64,000 nucleotides of DNA from an uncultured Clostridium sp. (GCA_947368535.1 CANBHY010000005.1:65117-129116); one strand, 5' to 3'. Positions 1 to 10,130 are shown, numbered from the stretch's first letter. Notes: a model not told the origin generated them from the sequence alone. Program-made: numbers and translations.

Positions 1-20
1 TTATTCCTAAATGCTATTTT

Positions 21-263
21 TTAATAATCGTAATCATCATAGTCATCATCGTAATAGTCAGTATAATTATAATCAGTATAATTGTACATATTATCTAGAT
101 AATTTTGCTCATTTTTAAGCTCTTTTTCTATCTCATTTAGAGTAGATTCAGTATTTCTAAAATTTTCATTTGCTTGGTTATATACACTTATTCCCATTGA
201 TATTATTAATATAGCAAATACTGGTATCATTGCCATTAGCATTAAACCTTTTTCTTTTCTCAT
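21..263 (-). CDS. Small membrane protein with N-terminal hydrophobic helix and Tyr/Asp-rich tail
   Basis: ORF with GGAGG RBS; KEKG followed by hydrophobic stretch; C-terminal YNYTDYNYTDYYDDDYDDYDY. Confidence 0.65.
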   Translation of the reverse strand: MRKEKGLMLMAMIPVFAILIISMGISVYNQANENFRNTESTLNEIEKELKNEQNYLDNMYNYTDYNYTDYYDDDYDDYDY

Positions 264-431
264 TTTTTTCCTCCCTTGTTTTATATCTTTATTATATTTT
301 TAATTGTTATTTTTTTCAATATTTTTATCAAAATATGTCGATTTGCTTTTTTTAAACTTTTATAGTAATATATGGTTTATAGTGTGAATAAAATATAAAA
401 ATTTAATTTGAAAGGAGGCCTAATTTTATTT

Positions 432-570
432 TATACAAGCGCCAGAGTGTTTGATTTCAAGCACTTAACGAGGTTAGAGTTTATCGAATTTTTCGGCGGA
501 TGCTCTATGGCATGTTACTGTCATTAGAATTAGTACAAAGTTCATCAGTGATGGTGAAACAATAACTTTT
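432..570 (+). ncRNA. glmS ribozyme (GlcN6P-activated riboswitch)
   Basis: AGCGCCAGA...ACGAGG...TTATCGAA..TTCGGCGGATGC core directly upstream of glmS. Confidence 0.93.
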
Positions 571-709
571 TCACGTAAATATATTTTTTCACATAATATT
601 TACAAATGAATTAATTTATACAAATCTTTAGAGACAGTTTTTTCTCTGCCTTTATATTTTGTGATTTTGTTTCACTTTTTGTATAGATATATTCCACAAA
701 GGAGGTATT

Positions 710-2548
710 ATGTGTGGTATTGTAGGATATATAGGTAATAAAAAAGCTAAACCTATATTAATTAATGGTCTATTAAGACTAGAATACAGAGGTTATGACT
801 CTGCAGGAGTTGCAACTGTTGAAAAAAATGGAATCAACGTTGTAAAAACTAAAGGAAGAGTTGCTGCACTTGAAAGTGTTGAAGCTATCGACTCTTTAGA
901 AGGATCTATTGGTATTGCTCATACTAGATGGGCTACTCATGGTAAACCTTCTGATGAAAATTCTCACCCTCATACTGATAAAAATAAAAATTTTGCGGTT
1001 GTTCACAATGGTGTTATTGAAAACTATAATGAACTTAGAGAATTTTTAGGTAAAAACGGGTATACTTTCTATTCTCAAACAGATACAGAAGTTGTTCCTA
1101 ATTTAATTGATTATTATTATAATAAAGATTCAATTAATGATGATAAAAAAGTTTTAAGAGCTGTTGTTTCAGCTTGCAATGATTTACATGGAAGTTTTGC
1201 TTTAGAAATTATTTCTACTTACCTTCCTGAAAAAATGATTGTTGTTAGAAAAGATAGTCCATTGGTTATAGGAAAGGCTAATGGTGAAAATTATATTAGT
1301 TCAGATATACCTGCTATTCTTTCTTATACAAAGGATTTCTATCTTTTAGAAGATTTAGAATATGTAGTATTATCTAGAGATTCAGCAGAATTTTATGATG
1401 AAAATTTAAAACCAATTAATAAACAAGTTGTTAACATTGATTGGAATGCTTCTGCTGCTGAAAAAGATGGTTATGATGATTTTATGCTTAAGGAAATTTT
1501 TGAGCAACCAAAATCTATTAGAGAAACTATTGGTTCTAGATTAACTCAAGATGGTATTTGCTCTATTGAAAACCTAGAACTTTCTAAAGAATATTTAAGT
1601 TCTTTAAATAAAATTTATATTGTAGCTTGTGGTACTGCTATGCACGCGGGTCTTGCTGTAAAACCTTTATTTGAAAAACTTTGTCATATTCAAACAGAAG
1701 TTGATATTGCTTCTGAATTTAGATATAGAGATCCACTTATTGATGAAAAATCATTAGTTATTTTTATTAGTCAATCAGGTGAAACAGCTGATACTATTGC
1801 TGCTTTAAAACTTTCAAAATCTAAAGGTGCAAAAACATTAGCCATTTCAAATGTTATTGGAAGTTCTATAACTCGTGAAGCTGATTATACAGTTTACACT
1901 CATGCTGGACCTGAGATTGCTGTTGCTTCTACAAAAGCTTATACTTCACAAGTTGTTTTACTTTCTATTTTGTCAATATATTTTGCAGAAATTTTAGGAA
2001 TCAAATCTGATTTAATTCCTGAAGTAAAAAAAGATATTTTAGCACTTCCTACTAAGGTTGAAACTGCTTTAAAAACAGCTGATACAATTAAAGCTTTTGC
2101 TAAAAAAGTTTATACTGAAAAAGATGTCTTCTTCTTAGGAAGAGGTGTTGATTATGCAGCTGCAATGGAAGCTTCTTTAAAACTTAAAGAAATTTCTTAT
2201 ATTCATTCAGAAGCTTATGCTGCAGGAGAATTAAAACATGGTACTATTGCTTTAATAGAAAAAGGTATAACTGTTGTTTCTATTATGACAGATTCATCTC
2301 TTACACCTAAAACTATTAGTAATTTACAAGAGGTTATTACTAGAGGTGCTAAAACTTTAGTAATTACAAATCAAGATTTAGGAGATAAAGTTTTTGATAA
2401 TTTAATAAAAATACCTGAAACTAGTCCACTTATCTCTCCTATTTTATCAGTTATCCCTCTTCAACTTTTTGCTTACTACATATCTAAAGAAAAAGGATTA
2501 GATGTGGATAAACCAAGAAATTTAGCTAAATCAGTTACTGTTGAGTAA
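710..2548 (+). CDS. glmS: Glutamine-fructose-6-phosphate aminotransferase
   Basis: MCGIVG start, HTRWATHG, SQSGETADT, C-terminal PRNLAKSVTVE. Confidence 0.99.
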   Translation: MCGIVGYIGNKKAKPILINGLLRLEYRGYDSAGVATVEKNGINVVKTKGRVAALESVEAIDSLEGSIGIAHTRWATHGKPSDENSHPHTDKNKNFAVVHNGVIENYNELREFLGKNGYTFYSQTDTEVVPNLIDYYYNKDSINDDKKVLRAVVSACNDLHGSFALEIISTYLPEKMIVVRKDSPLVIGKANGENYISSDIPAILSYTKDFYLLEDLEYVVLSRDSAEFYDENLKPINKQVVNIDWNASAAEKDGYDDFMLKEIFEQPKSIRETIGSRLTQDGICSIENLELSKEYLSSLNKIYIVACGTAMHAGLAVKPLFEKLCHIQTEVDIASEFRYRDPLIDEKSLVIFISQSGETADTIAALKLSKSKGAKTLAISNVIGSSITREADYTVYTHAGPEIAVASTKAYTSQVVLLSILSIYFAEILGIKSDLIPEVKKDILALPTKVETALKTADTIKAFAKKVYTEKDVFFLGRGVDYAAAMEASLKLKEISYIHSEAYAAGELKHGTIALIEKGITVVSIMTDSSLTPKTISNLQEVITRGAKTLVITNQDLGDKVFDNLIKIPETSPLISPILSVIPLQLFAYYISKEKGLDVDKPRNLAKSVTVE

Positions 2549-2621
2549 CTAAAAATAAATAGGATGAACGTAATTTCCTATTAAAATAAAAAATTACAAA
2601 TATCAAATCAAATCAAATTTT

Positions 2622-2650
2622 AAAAGCAGACTTTTAAAAGTCTGCTTTAT
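2622..2650. terminator. Bidirectional intrinsic terminator
   Basis: AAAAGCAGACTTTT/AAAAGTCTGCTTT palindrome between convergent genes. Confidence 0.7.
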
Positions 2651-2907
2651 TTTTTTGAGTTTATTGCATTTATTACTACTTTTTTATTTTTTGCTTGTTT
2701 TAGCAAATAATCTATTTTGGCTTGCTCAGATTTTATTTGATATGCATAGTAATCTACTAAATCACCTTTTGCGTACTCAAAATTTTTATGTGCTAAGTCT
2801 AATTTTTTTTGTGATTCTAATATACTTTGTATTAAAGACTTATCACACTCTTCTTTTTTTAAATCCATGATAGGAACTTCTTTTATGTATGATTCGTACA
2901 TTTTCAA
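2647..2907 (-). CDS. YaaL/DUF2508 family sporulation-associated protein
   Basis: A..NFEYA...LVDYYAYQIKSEQAKIDYLLK pattern; upstream AAGGACAAGC (SpoIIID-like) and CATATAAT (mother-cell sigma -10-like) at about 2923-2940. Confidence 0.8.
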   Translation of the reverse strand: MKMYESYIKEVPIMDLKKEECDKSLIQSILESQKKLDLAHKNFEYAKGDLVDYYAYQIKSEQAKIDYLLKQAKNKKVVINAINSKK

Positions 2908-2940
2908 TTTCCTCCTATCAATATTATATGCTTGTCCTTT

Positions 2941-3589
2941 TTAATTATTCTTCAATTTCTCTTTTTTATCTTTTTCTTCATATTTTTTATAAATATTTTT
3001 AAAGTTTTCTATTGTTTTTTCATTTTTAATTTTTTCTAAAATTTCTTTATATTCTTTTACTTCTAATAATTTATTTTTTATTTGTTCAAAATCATCTATT
3101 ATTTCTTCAGGAACATATTTTTTCCAGTTTTCTTTATCTCTTAAAAGTAAATACCCACGCAATTCTGTTGCTGATATATCTAATTTTTTTCTGTCTATTA
3201 GTATCTCTTTTGTATTTTTCATTTGTTCTTTAGAAAACCAACCTTTTCTTAAATCGTCATTTCCAGTTACTATTATATCTGCAAATTTTCCTTCGTGTTT
3301 TTTTACATTATCTATTACGTATTCTCCCCATTCATAACTTATATCATATTCATTTGTCATATCATTTAATTTTTCTATTCTGATATTTTTATTATTATAA
3401 ACTTTTTTTAATAATTCAATTCTAAAATCTGATGTAAATGGATTTCTTAAAGTATGACTTTCACTTGCAGATCCAACTAATATTAATACTTGTTTGGACA
3501 GTTCTTGTGCCTTATCTATTATCAATTTATGTCCGATTATGTATATGGCAAAACCTTCCACACACCATGCTTAATTCATATTTTTTCAT
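2941..3589 (-). CDS. Cytidylyltransferase-like/NMN adenylyltransferase family (HxGH) protein, split by a +1 frameshift at about 3535
   Basis: Frame 0 from ATG 3589 (GGAG RBS) gives MKKYELSMVCGRFCHIHN, then CGG ACA TAA; +1 frame continues GHKLIID...GSA...RNPF...ISATELR. Confidence 0.85.
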
Positions 3590-3615
3590 GTTTTTCTCCA
3601 CTTTTTAAATAGCTC

Positions 3616-4413
3616 TCAAGGTTTATTTTGAGAGCTATTATCTATTCTTTCTTTTAATTCTGTAACTAATTTTTTTCTATTTAAGTTATTAACTTTACTT
3701 ATAGAACTCCTTACTTTTGTTTTAGCTTTTTCTAAAGTTGTACTAGTATTTACTTCTATAACATTTATTACTACTGGCATTTCTGTTGGTTCACTAATAG
3801 GCGTTGCTATTGGCGTTGCACTAACTTCTGGAACAGTATTTTGCTCACTATTTATTTGCTGTTGTTGCTGCTGTTCGTTTTCTACTGTTTTCTGTTCTTC
3901 TTGATTATTTTCTTTTGGTTTTTCTTGTTTTTCTGTATTTTCTTCTTTTATTTTTTCTTGTTTTTCTATAAATTTCAATGCCTCTTTTGAATATTCTACT
4001 GAATTTTCTCCAAGTATTGAAATCTCATTTTTCTTTTCTTCTGAATTATATGATGTTAAGTTTTTTAAATAAGCTCCATAATATGCAATTTGTTTTATTG
4101 TTTCGCTGTTTATTTCTTCCTCTTTAACTTCTATATTTGTTTCAATATATGTTATTGCTTCTTCTATTTTTGCTTCTGTTATTTCTTCTTTTTCTATGTC
4201 TGCTTTAGCTCTTTCTTCTATTTCTTGTATTTGTTTTTCATATCCTATTTCTTCATTTTCTTCTATAATTTCTTCTTTTGGATTTGCTAATGCTTTTTCT
4301 TCTTTTTGTATATTTGCTTTAGCTTCTTTTGAAAACACATTAATATATAATACTAGCGCTGAAATCAATATAGTTACTATAATTGTAAGTATAGCTATTA
4401 GTACTTTTTTCAT
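3616..4413 (-). CDS. Membrane-anchored Glu/Lys-rich hypothetical protein
   Basis: N-terminal TM helix, coiled-coil, Q-run and ATP-ATP linker. Confidence 0.7.
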   Translation of the reverse strand: MKKVLIAILTIIVTILISALVLYINVFSKEAKANIQKEEKALANPKEEIIEENEEIGYEKQIQEIEERAKADIEKEEITEAKIEEAITYIETNIEVKEEEINSETIKQIAYYGAYLKNLTSYNSEEKKNEISILGENSVEYSKEALKFIEKQEKIKEENTEKQEKPKENNQEEQKTVENEQQQQQQINSEQNTVPEVSATPIATPISEPTEMPVVINVIEVNTSTTLEKAKTKVRSSISKVNNLNRKKLVTELKERIDNSSQNKP

Positions 4414-4466
4414 ATTTTCCTCCTATTTTATTATGTTCCTCTTGGTCTTTTTTATTACTACACTTT

Positions 4467-4997
4467 TTATAATTCTGTAATTTTAATTTTATATATTATA
4501 TCATTATTGTAACTTGCTTCTATTTTGTATTGTTTTGCTGAATGAATTTTTAGTCTTATATTTCTCATTTCAATTGAAGCTGTTTTCACATTCTCTTTAT
4601 CGTTTTCTCCTTTTCCGTTTATAAAACTGCATTCTTGGCAAGCTTTTTCCAATTCTTTTTTATCTTCTTCATCTATTTTATCAATATTTTCTACTTCAAT
4701 ACTGATAAAATAGTTTTCTTTATCGGCATTTTCTTCGTTCATCTTTGTTATTTTCTCAATCATTGATATTACTTGATTGCCTTTAATATCTTCACCTATA
4801 TATTCATTGATTTGACTATTGTATTTATCTTTTTCAGCTTTTATTTCTTCTTCAATTTTTGCTCTTTTAGAATGTACTATTGCATTTCTAACTAAAAGAG
4901 TAGCTATACAAATTATTACTAAAATAGCAATAGTCATTAAAATTATATATATCCTTTTTTGTTTTTTTATATTTATATCTTCATTCATAGTATACAC
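4467..4997 (-). CDS. Membrane-anchored hypothetical protein (paralog 3 of local family)
   Basis: TM helix plus YNS..Y.G..IKG..V...I..I...N and C..C.F motifs shared with 5043-5564 and 6249-6821. Confidence 0.75.
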   Translation of the reverse strand: MYTMNEDINIKKQKRIYIILMTIAILVIICIATLLVRNAIVHSKRAKIEEEIKAEKDKYNSQINEYIGEDIKGNQVISMIEKITKMNEENADKENYFISIEVENIDKIDEEDKKELEKACQECSFINGKGENDKENVKTASIEMRNIRLKIHSAKQYKIEASYNNDIIYKIKITEL

Positions 4998-5042
4998 CTC
5001 AACTTATTTTAATTTTATTCTATTTTTATTGTATATAACATT

Positions 5043-5564
5043 TCATGTTGGTTTATATCTGTATTTTATGCACAGTTGTACATGTAAAGAACTATACTTT
5101 TTGGTCGAATCTATTTTTGACTTTAATTTGCTCATTTGCTTTGCTGAATTTTTAACATTTTCTTGTGTATTTTCTCCTAAATCATCTTCATAAAAATTAC
5201 ATTTTTTGCATTCTTCTTCTAAATTTTCTTTATCTTAATCACTATATTCTCTGATGTTTCCAGCTTTAATACTTATAAATTTCCCTGATTTTCCTATATT
5301 TTCTTGATTCTTACTCATTATTATATCTATCAGATTTTTTACTTCTGACCCTTTTATTTTATCTCCTAAGTATGCTTTTACTTCTGAATTATAAGTATCT
5401 TTTTCTTGTTGTGACACCCCTTCTTCATAACAAAATATTTTATGTTCTCCGAAAAGCTCTAATTTCATAATTATAATCATTCCTATTGTTATTATTATTG
5501 TTATTATTGTTATTATTATTATTTCTTATTTTTTAATTCTTTTTATTTGCTCTTCTTCATTCAT
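5043..5564 (-). pseudogene. Pseudogene paralog of 4467-4997 and 6249-6821
   Basis: Same motifs in one frame, interrupted by in-frame TAA at 5526-5528 and 5235-5237; (ATA/ACA)n repeat in the TM segment. Confidence 0.75.
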
Positions 5565-5578
5565 TTTTATTTATCCTA

Positions 5579-6256
5579 TTATTTTAATTTTATTCCGCCC
5601 CATTCTACTGCTACGAATCCTTTTCTTTCTGGTGTTTGTAATTGTTGTTCTTTAACTTCTTCGTATTTATCTAATCCTTTAAATTCCATCCATACACGTA
5701 TTAATGTATCTGGTTTTGGATTTATCTCTAGTGGCATATCTTTATTTATTTTATCTATTGTTTCGAATCTTATAAAATTATATTTATTTGCTTCTAATTG
5801 TGGTAACCAATATACTATAAATTCTTCTGCTTCTCTTTCATTCAAGCCTAGTATTGCTAATTTCTCTTCTAGGAATTTTGCTGATTCTTCTCCTTTTACA
5901 ACAAAACCTTCTTTTATATCTATATCTATATTATTCTCGCCTTCCCAATATAATGAATATAATTCTCTTCCTGTTTCATTATATATTAGTGTTCCGTCTG
6001 GTTTTGCTGTTATTTTCCAACCGTTTTCGTATTTTGGATATGATGTTGTTATTTTCTCTGGATACCCCAAAGTTACTGTTACTTCTGTTTCTTCTTCAGG
6101 GTATAAATATATTATTGGTTTAGCTGTATATATTGACATACTATTATACTCATATATTAAAATTATTAGAAATGATATTACTGATATTGTAATAATTAAT
6201 GTTATAGCAATCATGATTCTTGCTTTTCTTTTCTCTTTTTTTATTTCATCATTCAT
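5579..6256 (-). CDS. Membrane-anchored conserved hypothetical protein (KPIIYLYP family)
   Basis: KPIIYLYP, YSLYWEG, EFIVYWLP, VEWGG motifs; start moved to MNDE at 6256. Confidence 0.8.
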   Translation of the reverse strand: MNDEIKKEKRKARIMIAITLIITISVISFLIILIYEYNSMSIYTAKPIIYLYPEEETEVTVTLGYPEKITTSYPKYENGWKITAKPDGTLIYNETGRELYSLYWEGENNIDIDIKEGFVVKGEESAKFLEEKLAILGLNEREAEEFIVYWLPQLEANKYNFIRFETIDKINKDMPLEINPKPDTLIRVWMEFKGLDKYEEVKEQQLQTPERKGFVAVEWGGIKLK

Positions 6257-6821
6257 CTTTTTTTCCTTTCTTGTTTGAATCTTCTTTTTCATTTTCAGAT
6301 ATTATAACTTTATAAATTATTCCTTCTTCGTATTTAGCTTCTACTTTATATTTTTTTGATGAATTAATTTTTCTATCTAAATTTCTTATTTCCTCAGTTG
6401 CATTTCTAACATTTTTTACTGTATTTTCAGCCATTTCATCTTCATAAAAGTTGCATTTTCTGCATTCTTCTTCTAAACTATTTTTATTTGATTTACTATA
6501 TCCTTCAATGTTTTCAACTTGAACACTTATAAATTTTCCTATTTGCTCTGCGTTTTCTTGATTCATACTTATTATTGTTTCAAGCATTAAACTAACCTCT
6601 GAACCTTTTATTTCATCACCTACGTATTTTTTAACTTTTGCATTATATATATCGTTTTCTTGTGATGCAAATGGATCTTTTGAACAATTTTCTTTTTTTG
6701 AAGTAAAGAATACATCTGAATTTAATACAACTAAAGCTATGCATATCAGCATTCCTATTGTTATTATAGCTCCCATAATTAAATTTCTATCACTTCTTAT
6801 TTTTTCAATTTCTTCTTCCAT
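6249..6821 (-). CDS. Membrane-anchored hypothetical protein (paralog 1 of local family)
   Basis: TM helix plus YNAKVKKYVGDEIKGSEV...GKFISV...ECRKCNFYED. Confidence 0.75.
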   Translation of the reverse strand: MEEEIEKIRSDRNLIMGAIITIGMLICIALVVLNSDVFFTSKKENCSKDPFASQENDIYNAKVKKYVGDEIKGSEVSLMLETIISMNQENAEQIGKFISVQVENIEGYSKSNKNSLEEECRKCNFYEDEMAENTVKNVRNATEEIRNLDRKINSSKKYKVEAKYEEGIIYKVIISENEKEDSNKKGKKDE

Positions 6822-6878
6822 TTTTCTTCCTTTTCTTTTTCTTTAGATTTTATCAATAAAATTTTTCTATTTCAACAT

Positions 6879-6907
6879 TTGACAAATAATTATTTTGATG
6901 CTAAAAT
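6879..6907 (+). promoter_or_regulatory. Sigma-A promoter of the T-box operon
   Basis: TTGACA-17 nt-TAAAAT with TG extension. Confidence 0.7.
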
Positions 6908-6920
6908 TGTATACATAATT

Positions 6921-7130
6921 TGGCAATGATAAGAGACTATAGTAATCTAAGTTTTATTAGAGAGTCTGTGGTTGGTGAAAACAGATTAAAACATTTTACG
7001 AATCTACTCTTTAGCTTCTAACCTAATAAGTTAGACCTTTTGTACAGGTTATAGTACTTATCAAGTTATAAATCAAGGTGGTACCGCGAAATATTAATCG
7101 CCCTTATGCTTTTAGCATAAGGGATTTTTT
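6921..7130 (+). ncRNA. T-box leader, probable Ser specifier (UCU)
   Basis: AGAGA and GGTTGGTGAAA stem I motifs; GAA-TCT-A specifier at about 7003; AAGGTGGTACCGCG T-box; terminator CCCTTATGCT/AGCATAAGGG plus T-run; serS downstream. Confidence 0.9.
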
Positions 7131-7147
7131 GTTTTTAAGGAGTTATT

Positions 7148-7972
7148 ATGATACTTAATGGAAATGATATTAAAAAATTAGTAGAAGAAAAAGATATAAT
7201 TAACCCATTTAATATAGATAATGTAAATTCAGGCTCTTATGATATTTCAGTCTCCTCTACAATTTTGAAAATAAAAAAATCTTTTAAAGTAATTGATTTA
7301 AATAATGGTGAACAAATTTCAAAAATATATGAGGAAGTTGATATTAAAAATGGATATTGTTTAAAGCCTAATGAAACTATTTTATGTGCTTTAAATGAAA
7401 AAATATCTTTACCTGAAAATATAGTTGCTCATATTAGACCTAGAACATCTCTTAGTAGACTAGGTTTATATATAAATCTTCAACATGCTCAAGCCGGTTA
7501 TTCTGGAGTTTTAAATATTGCAATGCATAACATGTCTTGCAATTCGTATAGAATAACTCCTAACTTGCGTATTGGGCAAGTTGTTTTTGAAGAATTAACT
7601 GATGGAATGACTGAAGATTTGTTATATCAAAACGAGCCTACTCCTGTTTATCAGGATGAAGATGGTTTAGTTGGTTCTAAAATTTATGTTGATTATATTG
7701 GTAAAGTATTTCGCCATTATAAAGGAAATTATTATTTCATTGAAAACATTAGTATGGATTCTGAAACTAAAGAAGATATGATTGTTTATAGACCATTATA
7801 TGAAAGAAAAGATTCTATGCTTTGGAACAGACCTGCTAAAATGTTTTTTGAAGAAATTGACCCTAATAAAAAAGATAATATCACTGGTCAAAAACACAGA
7901 TTTGAACTTTGCGTGGAATTATCAAAAGATTATATAAATTCTAAGGAGGTAAAAAAGAATGAAAGAAGTTAA
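7148..7972 (+). CDS. dcd: dCTP deaminase fused to a C-terminal DUF1653 domain
   Basis: SYD, RTSLSRLGL, GYSG, RIGQVVF trimeric dUTPase-fold motifs; C-terminal FRHYKG...SET...VYRPLY...W.RP..MF. Confidence 0.8.
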   Translation: MILNGNDIKKLVEEKDIINPFNIDNVNSGSYDISVSSTILKIKKSFKVIDLNNGEQISKIYEEVDIKNGYCLKPNETILCALNEKISLPENIVAHIRPRTSLSRLGLYINLQHAQAGYSGVLNIAMHNMSCNSYRITPNLRIGQVVFEELTDGMTEDLLYQNEPTPVYQDEDGLVGSKIYVDYIGKVFRHYKGNYYFIENISMDSETKEDMIVYRPLYERKDSMLWNRPAKMFFEEIDPNKKDNITGQKHRFELCVELSKDYINSKEVKKNERS

Positions 7973-8210
7973 AGAAGGAGAAATTTATAGACACTTTAAA
8001 GGCCCATTTTATTATATCGTTTGTGTTGGTTTTGACTCCGAAACACAAGAAAGAGTTGTTGTTTACCGTCATCTAGATGGTTCGGGTAAAATTTGTGTAC
8101 GCCCTGAAACAATGTTTTTAGAGGAAATTCCAGAAAGACCTGATAATGTAACTGGTCAAAAGGTTAGATTTGAGCTAATCAATAATCTAACAGATTATAA
8201 TTGTAAATAA
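7959..8210 (+). CDS. DUF1653 domain protein
   Basis: YRHFKG, DSET, VVYR, RP..MF, RFE motifs. Confidence 0.85.
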   Translation: MKEVKEGEIYRHFKGPFYYIVCVGFDSETQERVVVYRHLDGSGKICVRPETMFLEEIPERPDNVTGQKVRFELINNLTDYNCK

Positions 8211-8222
8211 GGAGGATTTTTA

Positions 8223-9509
8223 ATGATAGATATAAAATTTTTAAGAGAAAACCCAGATGTGGTTAAAGAAAATATAAAAAATAAGTTTCAAATGCATAAA
8301 TTAGCTTTAGTTGATGAAGTTATTGAATTAGATGCAAAAAATCGTGAACTTAAGCTTGCTGGTGATGAACTTAGAAGTAAAAGAAATACTTTAAGTAATC
8401 AAATCGGTGGCCTTATGCGTGATGGTAAAAAAGATGAAGCTGAAAAAATTAAACTTGAAGTTAAAGAAATTAATGATAAACTTACTGAAAATGAAAAACT
8501 TGAGACTGAATATGCAGAAAAAGTTACTAATATTATGATGAAGATTCCTAATATTATGCATGAATCTGTTCCTATTGGTAAGGATGATAGTGAAAATGTT
8601 GAAAACGAAAAATTTGGTGAACCAGTTGTTCCAAAATATGAAATTCCTTATCATGCTGATATTATGGAAAGTCTATGTGGACTTGATTTAGATGCTGCTC
8701 GTAGAGTTGCTGGTAATGGTTTTTATTATTTAGTTGGTGATGTTGCTAGACTTCATAGTGCTATTTTAAGCTATGCTAGAGATTTTATGATTAATAAAGG
8801 ATTTACTTATTGCATTCCACCTTATATGATAAGATCTGATGTTGTTACTGGTGTTATGAGCTTTGAAGAAATGGATGCCATGATGTACAAAATTGAAGGC
8901 GAAGATTTATATTTAATTGGTACTAGTGAACATTCAATGATTGGTAAATTTAAAGAACAAATTCTTGATAAAGCTAATCTTCCATATACTATGACTTCTT
9001 ATTCTCCATGTTTTAGAAAAGAAAAAGGTGCTCATGGTATTGAAGAGCGTGGTGTTTATAGAATACATCAATTTGAAAAACAAGAAATGATTGTTGTTTG
9101 TGAACCTGAAGATAGTTATGATTGGTATGAAAAAATGTGGAACTATACTGTTGAATTATTCAGAAGTATGGATATTCCAGTTAGAACTTTAGAATGTTGT
9201 AGTGGTGACTTAGCTGACTTAAAAGCTAAAAGTGTTGATGTTGAAGCTTGGAGCCCTAGACAACAAAAATATTTTGAAGTTGGTAGCTGTTCTAATTTAA
9301 CAGATGCGCAAGCTAGAAGACTTGGTATTAGAATTAAAGGTGAAAAAGGAAATTATTATGCTCATACGCTTAATAATACTGTTGTTGCTCCTCCTCGTAT
9401 GTTAATAGCATTTTTAGAAAATCATTATCAAGAAGATGGCACTATAACTATTCCTGAAGTTTTACGTCCTTATATGGGTGGTATTGAAATTTTAAAACCT
9501 AAAAAATAA
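8223..9509 (+). CDS. serS: Serine-tRNA ligase
   Basis: MIDIKFLRENPD, GTSEH, FRKE...RIHQFEKQE, HTLNNT. Confidence 0.98.
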   Translation: MIDIKFLRENPDVVKENIKNKFQMHKLALVDEVIELDAKNRELKLAGDELRSKRNTLSNQIGGLMRDGKKDEAEKIKLEVKEINDKLTENEKLETEYAEKVTNIMMKIPNIMHESVPIGKDDSENVENEKFGEPVVPKYEIPYHADIMESLCGLDLDAARRVAGNGFYYLVGDVARLHSAILSYARDFMINKGFTYCIPPYMIRSDVVTGVMSFEEMDAMMYKIEGEDLYLIGTSEHSMIGKFKEQILDKANLPYTMTSYSPCFRKEKGAHGIEERGVYRIHQFEKQEMIVVCEPEDSYDWYEKMWNYTVELFRSMDIPVRTLECCSGDLADLKAKSVDVEAWSPRQQKYFEVGSCSNLTDAQARRLGIRIKGEKGNYYAHTLNNTVVAPPRMLIAFLENHYQEDGTITIPEVLRPYMGGIEILKPKK

Positions 9510-9529
9510 ATCTTGATTGGAGTACTATA

Positions 9530-10108
9530 ATGATAATAAAAAATCCTAAATTTGAAATTTCAGCAGTTAAACCTGCTCAATATCCCAAAAATGATTTACC
9601 TCAAATTGTTTTAGTTGGTAAATCTAATGTTGGTAAATCTTCTTTTATTAATACTATGCTTAACAGAAAAGCTTTAGCTAGAACTAGCAATACACCTGGT
9701 AAAACTAGACAAATAAATTTTTACAATATTGATGATAGTTTTTATTTTGTTGACTTACCTGGGTATGGTTATAGCAAACTTAGTAAAGAAGAGCAAGTTA
9801 ATATGGGAAAATTTATTGAAGATTATTTGAATAAATGTAAAAATATTTCATTAATAGTTTTGCTTTTAGATATTCGACATAATCCTACAAATGATGATAT
9901 TTTAATGCTTGATTATATAAAACGTACAAATCTTCCTTTTGTAGTTATTGCTAATAAAGCGGATAAACTTGCTGTAACCAAAGTAGATTCTGCTGTATTT
10001 GAAATTAAGGATTTTCTTGGTCTTTCTTTTACTACTGTTTTTCCTTTTTCTGCTGAAAGAAAAATTTATACAGAACATGCTTGGGAAGAATTAGAAAAGT
10101 TTTTATAA
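9530..10108 (+). CDS. engB: Ribosome biogenesis GTPase YsxC/EngB
   Basis: GKSNVGKSS, PGKT, DLPGYG, NKAD motifs. Confidence 0.95.
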   Translation: MIIKNPKFEISAVKPAQYPKNDLPQIVLVGKSNVGKSSFINTMLNRKALARTSNTPGKTRQINFYNIDDSFYFVDLPGYGYSKLSKEEQVNMGKFIEDYLNKCKNISLIVLLLDIRHNPTNDDILMLDYIKRTNLPFVVIANKADKLAVTKVDSAVFEIKDFLGLSFTTVFPFSAERKIYTEHAWEELEKFL

Positions 10109-10130
10109 ATTATTTTTATATTATTGAACA

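Noticed and set aside
5043..5564. Two in-frame TAA codons suggesting stop-codon reassignment
   Set aside because: TAA terminates most genes in the window and the 3' end of this copy is also degraded; an ordinary pseudogene
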